NCBI GenBank assembly: GCA_051294375.1
Contig: CM119269.1
Coordinates: 10,770,883 to 10,834,882 of the forward strand
Length of the DNA: 64,000 nucleotides
Source of the DNA: Paraspadella gotoi
Lineage: Eukaryota > Animalia > Chaetognatha
Reading direction: 5' to 3'
Each line of letters starts with the position of its first letter. The first letter of the stretch is position 1. Positions 48,366-62,204 of this stretch are shown here, piece by piece. Under the pieces are notes generated by a model. That model was given only the letters and a program-made list of their open reading frames with translations, did no database searches and had not been told where the DNA came from. The position numbers and the translations under genes were made by a program.

Positions 48366-48924
48366 AAAATGTCAAAGAAAGAAAGAAAGAAAGAAAGAGA
48401 GATAGAAAGAAAGAAAGGAGGAAGTTAATTTTAGCCCTTTTGCATGATAATAAAAAATCCCAAAGAAACAATAAAATACTTTAAAGAATGACAGAAATGA
48501 TGTTGTGGGCTAAAAAGGATTTTCACATAAATAGTATTGTCGACCTTGGTTAACGTAATAAGTAATACCTGCTTGAACATTAAATTGTAAACGTTAAATA
48601 CTCTCAAGTATAAAATAGTATTGAATCACATTTTTAAAAATCATGAAGACCGTCTTGTATTTTCTTGCCATCAATTTAAAAAAAGAAAAAAAAAGTGTTA
48701 ATTTGTTATAATAATCGAAAAGTGGAAAGAGGAAATTTAAAAAAAATTGACGACGTGTGAAAGAAAAAAAAAGAAAATGAGGAAAGCTGTAAACATTAGC
48801 GCGGTAAGCGATGGCGCTCCGGAGCGAAATGTGAAAAGTTGGAAATATGGGTGTGTAGAAGCAAGAGATGAATAAAAAGGACGAAAAACAGGAATTTATC
48901 GCCATTAAAGAAAAAAAGGGGAAA

Positions 48925-48956
<32 letters not shown>

Positions 48957-49316
48957 AGCGACGACGACGGCGACGGCGACGACGACGGCGACGACGACGA
49001 CGACGCAGGGCGCCTACAAAGGAAGGCTCACGGGCGACGTGAAAAATTGGAGGAACGGAGGAAAGGACAAAACCGAGAGGAAAAAGGAAAAGAAAAAAGT
49101 CGGGAAAGGCGGCGCAAAAGGGAGGAAAAAAAAGTAAGGATGAATGGCGATGACAGGCACGTGAGGTAAGGGCGCCGAAGAAATTCACGGAAGGAAAGGC
49201 CGGCCGATCTTTACAAGAGGAAAAAGAATGTGGCCGCGGGGGCGGCAGGGGGGGGGCAAGAAAGAGTGAAGAAACCGTTCGGACGCGAGTGGGTACTGGG
49301 TATTGTGGAGAGAGAG

Positions 49317-49375
<59 letters not shown>

Positions 49376-49779
49376 AGGAGAGAGAAGAGAGAGAGAAGAG
49401 TTTCGCTCGCTATGGGGAACAGAGTCGCGACCTTCATTTTGGAAGATCGAAAGACTAACCATTAGTCACTGAGGTGGAACGGAGACGCTCGGTACGAAAG
49501 GGAGAGGCGTTTCTGGGCGAATGGACGTCGGATGAAGGATGAAATGTGGTCGTATGACTATTTGAAAAGAGAAAACGAAGTATCAGTTTGGAAGTATGTA
49601 TTACTATGTTTCGAAGGTAGCGTGGTAACTTTACATTTTTTTATAAACACACTTAGTCTAACCTAAGGGGGAAAAAAGCAACAACAACAACAACGACAAC
49701 AAGGAGGACAACAACGAGGACGCGAGGGAGGAACCGAAATCGAACGGATTCCAGCTGCGATTCGTATGAAGTTCTTTTT

Positions 49780-49830
<51 letters not shown>

Positions 49831-50667
49831 TGGAGGTTACGACAAAAAACCCGAACGAGTAAAAAAAATACGACTCTTGCTTTGAACAAAAAGTAAACAA
49901 AAGACCACGTGTGACAATAGCGACACGACAATGTTATGTCGAGGAACAAAAAAAAATGTACAAAAAAGTGAGCATTGATAGAAAACTAGAAAAAATATTA
50001 ATTTTGACGTAAAATGTCAATGAGAAATGTAATAACTATACAAGTGACAAGAAAGATGACGACGACAACGACACTAAAGATAACAACTACGACGACGACG
50101 ACGACGACGACGACAAAGAAGAATCTCGTCTTCCCAGTTCTTCATGCTTTCCAATTATTTCTCCCGTTTCCGCTGGGAAGAGATACGAGCCCCGCGATTT
50201 GAGGTTTCAGAGAGGGAGAGAGGGAAGGAGAAAGAGGAAGGAGAGGAGAAGAAGGGGAGGAGAGGGGAGAGGAGCGGAAAGAGAGGGGAAAGAGAGAAGT
50301 GAAAGGAAATGGGAGAGAGAGATTGGAAGAGAGAGAGGTGTTGGGAGGGAATGATGAGAAGGAGGAAGAAAGGAGAGAGAAAGGAGAAAAATGAGGGAAG
50401 AGAGAGAAGTGAGGAGGGAGAAAGGAAAAAAGAGAGGGAAGAGAGAGAAGTGAGGAGGGAGAAAGGAGAAGAGAGATGTGATAGGAGAGAGGGTGGCGGG
50501 TCGAAATCTCGGGGGAGATTTGTTGGCTGTGATGGAGGCGAGGGTTTGCGGTGTCAGCGTAAACGTTTCGGTTGACAACGAAAGGTATGGATTAGGAAAA
50601 AGAGGGCGTAATAAGATGACTAAAGAGAGTGGCGTCACTTCAAGAGTGACACGCGTCATAGACGCCG

Positions 50668-50708
<41 letters not shown>

Positions 50709-51585
50709 GCGGGTGACGTCTCATTAGCAATCTCGTCCACGGCGACGATGACGAATGCGACGAATCAAACCAAAAAGACGAATAACTAAAAACGTCTGTC
50801 GTTTTTCCGTTTTTTTTTTCGCGACACAATAATGTTCAAAATCCCAAAGTCAGGGGCAAGATACTTTATTTATTAAATGAATTGATACTTTTTATATTGG
50901 TTGTACCAATTTCATAACATCTGGCTAATTTTCTAAACGCTATATTTTTCGCGGTTTTATTGTGAAAAAGTCTCTTTCTCAGATTTTAACACTTACTTAC
51001 TTACTTACTTTCTGCACGATGCCAGCGGTACATTTCCTTTACAATTATATCTCTCTTTGTCCTCCATCGTTACTTAGCAACACTGCTCTTTTCACTGCTT
51101 TCACTCATTCTCTTTTAATCCTTCACCGATCCTATATTTACCTCATCCTCCTCTTCCCCTCTGCCACTTCTTTCCGCCCCCTCAACTTCAGCCTACCTCG
51201 TCCCCCGCCCGGGGGAAATGCATGGAAATCCCAGCCTTGGCTTTTCAACTTCTTTCCAAACATTTTACGATTTCCTCGGAACTCCCAACTCCGCCCGCTT
51301 TTATGTTGTCTTGTTTTAAATTTCAGTTTATGTATTGTTTCGGTTCGTTTCCGTTTTCGCTCACAGACAAAACGGCCGGTTGAGTAGTTGGTTTTTCTTA
51401 ATACCGACATATATTCGTCTTTCAATGATAAGTATAACTATAACTAAAACTATAAGTCCTATTATGTATAAGCATCGAGTCAGGGGTTCGTTCTCAGTGA
51501 CAGTTGCTTTAACAATTTCTTACAGATTCATGCGATACTTATTTCCAGTCCGTCCTTTTTGTCATTGTCACGTGTCTTTTGTTAA

Positions 51586-51623
<38 letters not shown>

Positions 51624-51944
51624 CTCCTTCTCGTCTTTCTCTCTCTCTCTCTCGTCTCTCTCTCCTCTCTTCACGTCGCAGTACGACTGTCGACGTCTTC
51701 TACTTTCGCTTTTATGTCACATTCGCCATTTATGTTCCCCATTATGTTCCGTCTCGTCCTGAAAGTAAATCACCAACGATAACCGTTTACTTCTCTCGCA
51801 TCGCGTCTCTTCACTCGCCGTCCCCTTCTTAAACTCTATCCATATCGGACAAATGAAATTACAATAAATTACAGTATCGCAGTATCTCTCGCCCTCTCAA
51901 CGTACGCCGTTCTTCTAACTTTCCGTCAGTACACTACCATCCAC

Positions 51945-52030
51945 TGTAATTCCGCCATCTTGAAAAATTCTCCCGTTGGGTTTTCGGCCAATCGGCCAAA
52001 CGTTGAAACCGACTAATCTTAGCCGATCGG
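51945..52030 (-). promoter_or_regulatory. Possible promoter/start region (YY1-like CAAGATGGCGG plus CCAAT box)
   Basis: The minus strand has CAAGATGGCGG at ~51962-51952, and GGCCAATCGG lies at ~51986-51995. The associated gene was not identified. Confidence 0.25.
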
Positions 52031-55000
52031 TTTCCCTCGCTCCACTTTTTCCTTTCTCCTCGGCCGCTCGTTCAATAACCATCATGCTTTTCTTCCTCAG
52101 GGTTCCCCAGACTCTCGTGCCCCTTCCCCTTCCTCGCTCGCATCCTTCAAAAACCCGGAGGTTCGGAGATCTCCTCTCCTCTCTCTGGACGAAAGACACG
52201 TAATTCACGGCGCCCGGTTTTTCATTGGAACCCAGAAATTTATCTCCTCGTTTTTCTTGGCGCAATTTCTAAAAGAAGCCGCGATGTTTATATTCGCGAT
52301 GGATGAGTGACGTGTTAAAATATCTCGTTTACTTTCCTAGTATAATTCTAAGAGCTCAAAACGTTTTATTTAATCAAGAATAGGGTTTACCAGTGCTCTT
52401 TTAAAAATGATCATTCAAAAAAAAGAAGATTTTATTCTCAAATAAGGCTTTTCCTGAATTCTCGTACAGTACAATGAAGTCCCTTGGACGCAATATTTCT
52501 GTATTAAATTTTCGCAATTCTACTGTAAAGAACCACAAACCTTTTTGGCGCTTTTTTTCCCTCGATTTTCATTAACCCGGTTTTTTAAACTTACTGTTTC
52601 ATGAATCTTATCAAACCCATTCCACCATTTTCTCTACGAGTTTCACAACCCACTACCCTTGTTTATTTACGTTATTTTATTTTCACCTTTTTTAAACATT
52701 TCCTCCTTTTACCCCTTTTTCCTTTTTTTACTCACTTTTTCCTTTTCCTCCCTTTCATCTCTTTTCTCCCTTTAACCCTTTCCCTCCTTTTACTCCGGAA
52801 CGCGCCGTACTTCCGGATTTTCCTTCCTTTTTTCTCCATAAAACATTTGATATTCCTGTTTACCTTCCAGGAATGTTGAATGGGGAAATCTTCCATTTCA
52901 CTCGCTCTCTCTCTCTCTCTCTCTCTCTTAGTTTTTCTTCCTTACACGTTTTCTCCCGACATTTCCTCGTGCTGTCGTCCGATCAGCGTCTCCCTTATCC
53001 ATAATCATGAGCATAAATTCTTGAAAACTCCTTTTTTGTCTTTGATCTTTGGCCTTTTCTTTTCAAGAACTTCAAAAAAATCCTCGTCTTTTTTATTCGT
53101 AAGAGTTGTGAAAAGTGAATTCTTTAGAATATTCAATCACTGTTGAGTCTAAGTGACGCGATAAATTCAAACAACCTTCGGACAATGTCAATGAACCCAT
53201 GACAAATTTGTTCATGTCGTCATGAACGTGTTGAACTTCGTTTAAAATGAAAATGGTTCGTAATTTTTTTTTTTTTAAATTAAAAAATTCTGGGATAAAA
53301 AATCGTATAGGAGAGCGAAGGGCTTTTCCCAGCTGAAACGGAAAGACCACCAGGATCAAGCGCGAGATGAGAAAAGACCAGCATCAAAAAGCAATTAAAG
53401 CAGATTGAAATGAAAGCAAAGGGGAAAAAAAAGGCAACATCTCGAAGCAATTAGCGCAGGTTGGTTTGATGGGGAAAGAAAGAAATGCCGCTAATGAATC
53501 AAAGCGGATAGAAATTCGAGGGAAGGAAAATGTAGGGAAAAATACTTTTTAATCGAGTCAAAAATTATGCTCAAGCTTATAAATATGTAGCTTTCATATA
53601 TATAGCTTTCATCGAAAACATTTAACAATCCTACACATTAGTATAATTTGGCATCAGAATACAAGATAAATGCGGATTAGCATAAAAGGAAAAATAAAAA
53701 GAAATGCAAAAAAAAAAAAACTTAGATAGAAAGAAGATCGAAAAGAAGGAGTTTGTTCACGAAAGCATCGGCTCAGGCTGAATTCTAATCTGCGTCGACT
53801 TCTTGCTGTTTCACAGTCAGTTGGTCAATTGTTCGGTCAGTCGCGTTTCAAACGACTCTTCGACAACCATCTAAAATTAAAATGAACCCCTTTATATCCC
53901 TCTAAAATATTTTATGTTTAATGCTTTGTTTTAATAACTTAATGATTAGTAAAATCCACAGTTATCTTCTCCCGCGCTATCCGAGAAAATTGATTAACTT
54001 CGTTTATCTTAACGTCACTCAAACCCGCGACTTTCAATCTATTCTCCTTTCCTTTTTTTTATTACTAATTATTTTTTTATTTTCCTTCTTTTATCTCATC
54101 ATCCAGATTCTCAGTTTCATCCCTTGTTTACGACGCTTTTCTCTTTTTCTTCTTTTTTTTCCAATTTTCTTTCTTCATTTCTCAGAAATGATCTTATCTC
54201 AACTTTCTTCAATAAGGCAGCCAGCGCGGAGAACGTATTGTCTTCGACGTTTCCCGGCGCTGAAAAAAAAAGAGGGGAGCGAGTTGGGGACAAGGGGACC
54301 GGGGACTGAGGACTTGGGAGACTCAGTTGGGGACTCGGGGAAACGGGGTCTTGGATTGGAGTGAGTTGTCGATGTGAGGGAGTATAGGGAGAAAATAAAG
54401 AAAAGATGAAAGCAAATAGAGAGAATAGTGAGGAAAAGCACGGGAGAGAAAGTTGACTCATGAAGGACGAAGCGACGGGGGAATAAAAAAAAAAAAAGAG
54501 ACGAATGAAGCGAAGTTATATGATAAGAGGATCCGGCGGAAGAAGAAAGCAAAAAAGACTGTGAAGTGTAGGTCCATTAGTATAAAATGAGGAAAAAAGA
54601 AAAAGACGCTGAAAAAATGGAGATAAAGAAAAGGTGGGGGCCATGGGGGGAAGTAAAGTTGACGTTAAAGGAGAATGAAAACGAGTTAAGCGGGTAAGTA
54701 GAGTGAGAGGGATAAGGGTCAGTTCGAAAAGGGGAACCGCCAAACGAGGGCGGGGCTGTTCTCAGCCCACGTCAAAGCGAAACGCGTGAAAGGAGAGAGA
54801 AAAATTGGAGTTGGCGGAAAAACGATTCATTTGGATGACTGTTATGTAATAGTGATAGCGGTCTATAATATTTGCCGGTTTCGTTTTTGGTTTGTGAAAT
54901 ACTGTAAATAAGCGTACTGATCGAAAGAACAACGACGGAGACAAAAGTTGTCAAGAAACCAGGATATAATTGTTTGTAAAGAAATCCTTAACTTGGAAGG

Positions 55001-55246
55001 CTGATGCCACTTCTTAAATAATTAATGGAGGAGAAACTGCGGTTTTGTGGCCACCGCTACAAAGCGATAAAAAAATAAAATATTCTGCATCAAAATAGTT
55101 AGCTGCGTCGAGATTTTTGGTAAAAAATATCGAGAGTTAAAGTTGTTTTTGTCGTTGTTGTGGTTGTTGTTGTTGTTTTGACCGCTAAATCAGAGATGGG
55201 ATTGTAAAAAGAACTAAGAATTGTAAAAAGCGAGAAAAAAACTTAC

Positions 55247-56516
55247 CAGGACCCTTGTCGGACTTATCATCGGAGAATGGTGGCCAGTCTGTCGCTTCCA
55301 TGTCGTCCTTTCTCCCTCCTCCTCCTCCTTCTCTTCCTCCTCCTCCTCCTCTTCTTAACTTAACCTCTTCTCCTTCCACGTGATACTTGGCCAAAGTCCC
55401 CTTGTCGATGACTTCGTCTATTCTGCGTCGAAAGTCATCGACTCGATATCGCGACGGCGGCGTCACGGCGTCCGCGCTTCTGGCGGAGTCGTGGTCCTCG
55501 TCGTCGTCGACGCCGTCGTCCGTCGGCGGCCGATTTAGGATCGTGTTGGCGTCGGAGGGCGTGGCGCCGAGCGGCGAAGAGGCGTCCAACGCCGCTTCCG
55601 ACGGCGACGTCTCTTCCACCAAAGAACTGAATAGTCTTTTGCGTCGAGGGTAAATGGGCGCCGCTAGACGGCGTTCCTGAAACTGAGATCGGGCGGAGGC
55701 GGCGTCGTAAACGACGCCGTCAGAATCGACGAACCGTCTCGTGTCGGCGTCGAGCAACGCCGTCGAGCAAAACCATAGCAGCGGCAGAAAGAAGAGAGTC
55801 TTCGCGATGAAGCGGCGTCGGAAAGGAGACGCGGCGGCGACGGCGCCGACGCGGCGCAGCGGGAGGAACGACGCCGGAATACAGCGGCGCCGGAAGAAAA
55901 GAACTCGGCGCCACAGAATGAGAGCGACGCCGGCGATGAGGCGACGAAACGAGACGCCGTCTCGTCGGCTTCGATCGGCGGAGAAAGATGAGGGCAAACC
56001 GGAGTGGGAGAGGGACGAGCGCTGCGCTAGTGTGCCCGGCGTTGAATCGGGCGGGGCGGGCGGCGAAAAGAATTTCGAGTTTCTGTTGACGAAAGCGACG
56101 TCGGTGAGTGCCGTCGTTGTTGTCGTTGTTGTGAGCGGCGTCATGGTTCGCCAGGGCGTCGTTCGGGATGGCTTTGGGTCATCGTCGGCGCCGTTAGAAG
56201 TCATTTCCAAATCTGAGAAGTGGTTGGAACGAGGGAGAAAGCTACAGGTGGCGCCGTCTTCTCGAGAACGAACCACGCCAAATTCTTTCGATGACGTCAA
56301 GACGTTGTCAAAGTCGACGCTATGAGCGCCGCCGCCAGCGCCGACCCCGCACGAGACGCCACCGCGAGTGATATGATGAGTTTCGACGCCGATTTTTTTC
56401 GATCCGTCCGCGGCGACGTCGCGAGGAAAGCTGAACATGATCGTTTGAGTTTCGGCGTCATTAGATGCAGGGCGTGCCGTAGAACCGGCGCCGTTTTTTA
56501 CGGCGTCGAAATTCAT
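55247..56516 (-). CDS. Probable first coding exon (423 codons) of an unidentified, possibly membrane-anchored protein
   Basis: Uninterrupted GC-rich ORF from ATG 56516 in AT-rich flanks. It ends at a CTG|gtaagt donor (55246). Two hydrophobic stretches (LIAGVALILW, FFLPLLWFCSTALL). No family recognised and downstream exons not located. Confidence 0.6.
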
Positions 56517-56831
56517 AGCGACGTCGTTAATCTTGGGCGGGAGGATTTCTTTTAAAAATATATAGTTGGTTTTTAGACAGAGTTTGCTTGTTAATTAAAT
56601 AATTAATTTATTCATTTTTTACTTATTTATTTATTTATTTATTTCTTTGTTGGTTTATTTATTTATTCATTTATTTATTTATTTACTTCTTCATTGAATC
56701 CGTAGTAAAGGTTACATTTGTATCTTGAGAGAATGGAGTTCATTCAATCTTCACTGCTATCTTCTTTCTATTTTTATCTTTTGCTTTCTTCTATGCGGAG
56801 ATTAAAATTAAAATTATTTCCATCGACAAAA

Positions 56832-56862
<31 letters not shown>

Positions 56863-57165
56863 AACGACGTCGTTTCTAAAATCGTCGTCTTCCTCGGCGT
56901 CGTCAGCCGACGAGAGGATTTGAAAAACCGTAGGACAAACGCCATCTGCCATTGACGGTCGCAAATGTCGTCTGTCGAAAGAGAATAAAAAAAGATCGTA
57001 AAAAAAAGAGAAATGACAGACGATGCCACACAGATAATATTTCCTAAAGTTTTTTTTTTTAATTCATATGAGATAACGCAGGGAAAAGTAAAAGTATATG
57101 TTTATTTTTTTTAATATTGATGGTAGCGAAATTTTAGATCGAAAACGGTAAATATGTACTTTTTT

Positions 57166-57645
57166 TTGAACCCGGTGATCGCCTAGCAATTAAGAGGGAC
57201 GGGGCGCTAAACCCGCCTGTAACACTGTGTTACAGGGTCAGGGACTACTTATATTGAACGGGGTGGTAGCAGGATTGTGCCCACGTATTATTGGGCCCAT
57301 AAAATTGCGCCCCTAGGATTGCACCCACGTAGCATTACGCCCACATACAATTGCACCCATAGTATTCCGCCCACGGAAGATTGCGCCCACATGGGATTCC
57401 GCCCTGTAGGATTCTGCCCACATAGAAATGCGCCCACCTAAGACTGCGCCCGTAGAATTGCGCCCGTAGTATTGCGCCCAAAGGATTGTACCCTTGTAGG
57501 ATTCCACCCACTTAGCATTGGGCCCGCAGGATTGAGCCCACTGTATTGCGCCCATAGGATTGCACCCACAATGTGGGTCCCACATAGGATTGGGCCCACG
57601 TGGGTGCAATCCTAATGGAACCATTGAACGGTTATGTCAATAACT
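57166..57645 (+). mobile_element. 5'-truncated second SINE copy, interrupted by a MITE
   Basis: 57170-57261 matches the reverse complement of 46967-47070. Weaker similarity resumes after 57631. Confidence 0.75.
57262..57622. mobile_element. Mutator-like MITE with internal ~14-16 bp tandem subrepeats (AGGATTGCGCCCAC)
   Basis: 9-bp TSD ATTGAACGG at 57253-57261 and 57623-57631. Imperfect 21-bp TIR: GGTGGTAGCAGGATTGTGCCC versus reverse-complemented right end GGTTCCATTAGGATTGCACCC. The uninterrupted SINE has a single ATTGAACGG (46975-46967). Confidence 0.82.
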
Positions 57646-58551
57646 CATAACAATTATTACTGTCTCTTCAATATCTTATCCTTAGTACATAGTGCGTTGA
57701 GGGAAAGCAATTCTGGTTCTGATCGTGCTTACAATAAACTTACAAAAATTTCACCCAGGCTTCCTCCAATATTTCCATCTAGATACCGATCAACATTTTT
57801 TTTAATGCAGTTGAAAAAAACTTGAAAGAAGCCAAAAGTCAAGTTCAGATTTTTTTTTATTTTAATGCAATTATGATTTACCTCCTGTCATCAGCTTTCT
57901 CTTTTAAATATTTTTGTCGCTCTGCTCACTTACAAATTACAATATAGGTTGGAAAAAATCATGTACTAATTTATAGACGTGATATTTTAATGATACTTTA
58001 TTGTCATATTAGGTCTACTAAGGTTTCAGCGATGCAGCCCCTTCCTTCGGCAGCTTCACTCGAAAAGATTTCAAAAGATTAACTCTTCTTTTCTCCAGCC
58101 TCACGCGAAATCGGGAACCGACAACAACAAAGCAAGGCGAAAATTAAAGTAAACAATTCGCCCGGGAAAACGCCAACAAAAAGACAAACTAACAAACATC
58201 GTTATTTTTCTTTATTTTTTTTGTTTTTCTGTTTAACGGCAAAGATTTAAAAATGTAAGGGCATTCAACTATGGAGTGGAGTGGGAGAAAGGAGAGAGAG
58301 TAGATAGCTAGATTATGGTTATATCATGTGACCTAGGTACCTCTGCAAGAAAGGACCTATAAGGTAAGGTACGCATTGGGTCGTTCTTACTCTGATTACG
58401 TTTTTAATACAGAAAGCAACTTTTTTTTTTTTTAACTACACAGAACAAAAAAAATGGTGTATTTACTAAATCCTTAGTATTCAGAAAAGAAATAAAAATA
58501 GAACACACAAAGTACTTGATTCTCAAGTAATTTCCTAATGGCGTGCGACGC

Positions 58552-58640
<89 letters not shown>

Positions 58641-59035
58641 TAAGAAAAGAGAGAAAAGAGAGAAAGAAAAGAGAAGAGAGAGAGAGAGAAGAGAGAGAGA
58701 GGATGAGAGACATAGAGAGTGTTATTATAAGCTGATTCAAATGCTTTACCTTTTATAAAAAAATGTTTAATAAGAATTATTTAAAATTAGATCATCCAGA
58801 CCTTCTCAATCAAGAGTTGGTCTTTTTTCGTTTCATTTTCCCTTCAAAGCAAAACTCTTGAGTTAATTTTCTAACTGCAAATCGATTCCAAGAGGCCAGA
58901 TTTCCTCGATGATAAATTTCTAACCTCAGGAGTTTGCCGCCTTTGTGATCTCAACTTGTTTTTGAAAGCGAACCATAAAAGATGCAAAGTTCGCATAAAT
59001 TTTCCATCGTGTCAACGCCGCATCCAGCGGGGAAA

Positions 59036-59144
<109 letters not shown>

Positions 59145-61204
59145 AAAAACTAAGCTCAGTTCGAATAAACCTTTGCATACATGGGAGGAATTGTTCTTGA
59201 TCAAACACAATACAAAAACAAGCCGTACAACTTTTTTTACATTAATGATTTTTACCTTAAATAATAACAAATGTGTAAAAGCGTAAACGTTGTAACTCGT
59301 GAATTTAGAACTATCTGAATTTATAGTTCATAAATAGGTATAAATCATTATTATTAATTTTGTATTTCTATAAAGTATTAAGTAGTATTAGGTAGTTTAG
59401 AGAAAGATATTACAAATGGATTATTTTTCATAGTCGGTGAGACAGAGAAATAAGTGACGTCTAGCCGTGACAAAAAGAAATAATCATAATCGGTGAGACG
59501 AGAAAAAAAAAAGGTTTGGTTCGTTGACCGAAAAGATTCGTCTGCTTCTTTTCTTCGTCTGCTTCTTGTTCTTCCCCTCCTCGCCTTTCCCTCGGGCGTC
59601 TCTTGGCAGGGAAGTAGATGCCAGGGGGTGAGGGGGGGGCAAGGCAATGAAAGTTCCAAGCAGAAGGAAAACTCAATAGACTTTCCCACTTACCTTCCAT
59701 GAATACTGATCAACTTACTTTCAGGTTTTTTTTTCTGTGGAATATTTTTTTCTTTTTCGTCGATCACGAAGAATCGTCGGAGCGAACTACGGTTAGTTGG
59801 TGGGAGGGGGAGTGCGAGTAAGGGGTAGGAGGGGACGGGACGGGTAAGTCATTCGCGGTAAGAGGGAGGAAAGGGCAAAGCCATGTCCATCCTAGATTCC
59901 TCGCGGCAACTGGGACGTTTCCATCTCGCAAAACTCACTTTTTTCCTTTGTCGATTCCGTTTTATTTTTCCCATCGGATTTTTTCCGACCGAGATATTTT
60001 GCGTATTCGTTCGCAAACGGAATCAGGTACTAGTCAATAAAATCTCTCTCGTTGGAATTGTCGAAATGATTGCTTGTCTGCTATTCGTAATGTTTACTTT
60101 GACGATATGCCACATACTTGCTTCGTTTGTGACTACCAAAAGTTCAAAGTTATCATCAGCTTTTTTTGCAACTGAGGGCAAGTAGGTCCGGGCGATGATA
60201 AAAGTGGTTCAAAAGAGAGCTCGTTCTCACCTTACTTTTCTACTTCTATTACATCGTCACAATCCCTCACCTTTTTTCCTAACTTTATTTTCGCCTTTAC
60301 ACAACGTTATAAAATTATTAACCGATCAAAATTTATTTCCATTACTAAAAATAGTAAATAGACTGTTTTAGTGGATCATACGTAGGACTTGTGGTCATGA
60401 ACGGAGAGCAAGACAATTCACTTTTTGACTTTTATGGTTGGTAAGCAAACGTTTCTGATTGCCTGACAATCGGCTCCGTTTTTGATTGGCTGACGTCGGC
60501 GCCAATGAATGGGATTCCCGGGTGGAGATAACGACGGAATAAGGAGGAGCGATAAGAATTCGAATTCCGTTTTTTCTCCTTTCGCCCTCCCTTTTATTTC
60601 TCCCCGAGAAGCAAGGAAATAACCATCAATTCTTACAAGAGTGACTGAGGCCCTGAACTCTCATTAATAATGCTTCGATTTTCTAAAACAAATCGAACTA
60701 AACCAATTTTTTTCACGTTACTAATTACATAGTTAATTTATAAATAATTTATCTCGCAATAGGCCTTCCGCCAATAAAAACCAAAACCCGGGGATGCGGC
60801 CATGTTGAAAATTTCTCTATTTATCTCCACTTCTCTCCCCGGCTCTCTCTCTCTCTCGCTCTCTCATGGATTTTCGATATCACGAACGCATTTGTCAGAG
60901 AAAAACGCAAAACGATGGCAGCGAAGACGATGAATTGTTCTTTAAAGGGAGACGACAACGACGACGACTATAGCGACGAAAACGACAACGACGAACTCAA
61001 GACTCGAAAAAACCTACGGAGGCGAGTTAAAAAAATGACTGTCTCGATGCTAACATATCCTGGTATGGATAACCTAGATGATTCAGATCATTAGGGTATT
61101 AATTCCAGAGCAGCGACTACTTCTTGGGCGTATCCATTGCACAGCGATACCAAATTCACAGTCGCTCGAAAACCGAGTTATCAGAATTTTTTTCAAATAA
61201 TCGG

Positions 61205-61243
<39 letters not shown>

Positions 61244-61545
61244 TGCGAGGAGGAAGCGACGAAAGACGATAACTTTTGGAGGAGTCGTTAAAACGATTGG
61301 TTGTGGGATTAATGACGTGACTATCTTCGTTTGGTGTCAAATGACAATATTGGGCTAACTGCTAAGCATACCGAATAAAAAATTGAAATCGGCAGTCTCA
61401 GTAGAAATCGCGAAAGACGAGGATTGGGCGAGTACTAACTGATTTGCGTCGGCATTGGCCTTCTCCAGTGTATCTACGACGGTGAAGTCCATGACCTCTC
61501 AACTTGCCCCCTTCCACGGCTGAGACATCCCGCTGATATGCTGAT

Positions 61546-61583
<38 letters not shown>

Positions 61584-62204
61584 AAACGTAGGGAATATAG
61601 GAATGGGAAAAAATATTAAAAAGAAAAGAAAAAAGAAAAAAGGGACAAGGTTTCAATGGAACGAGAAAATATTTGCACGAATGAACAATTCTCTCTTCGT
61701 CTTTTCGGAGTACGAATCCTAATCTTCTCTTTAAAAAAAAAAAAAAAAGATTTAACAAAAGTTGACAATTGTTTTGAGATTGCAGACGGAATCAAAGTGG
61801 GCAGAAATTATTTTTTTGAGAGACAATGTTTTCATTACGTGGAGGTGTAGTTCTAATATATTTTCATATTTAGTCTGACTTAATAGTACTAACACTATAA
61901 ATATAATAGAATAATGATCCAGTAAGCAGTTGGTCAGACTGAAAAATAGTTTAGTACGTCAAGAATGATTCATAGAAAATAGAGAAAAATCATCGATAAA
62001 ACATTCGTCGCATTCCTTCATCCATAGAAAGCATAATAGATAATTATGCCGTTGGCTAATAAAAAAAAAAGAGAAAAAATACGTGATACAATATTAGTAA
62101 AAAAATTCAATAAAACAACCTTGCTATAATTTAAGCACTGCTTTTTGATTCGATTTTTTAAATAAGTTATCCAACGCCACCAGCACACCACTCCGCGAGG
62201 CGTC

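Noticed and set aside
51930-51958. MAELQWM start resembling the Abl-interactor (MAELQML) N-terminus
   Set aside because: Only five residues match and no downstream ABI exons were found.
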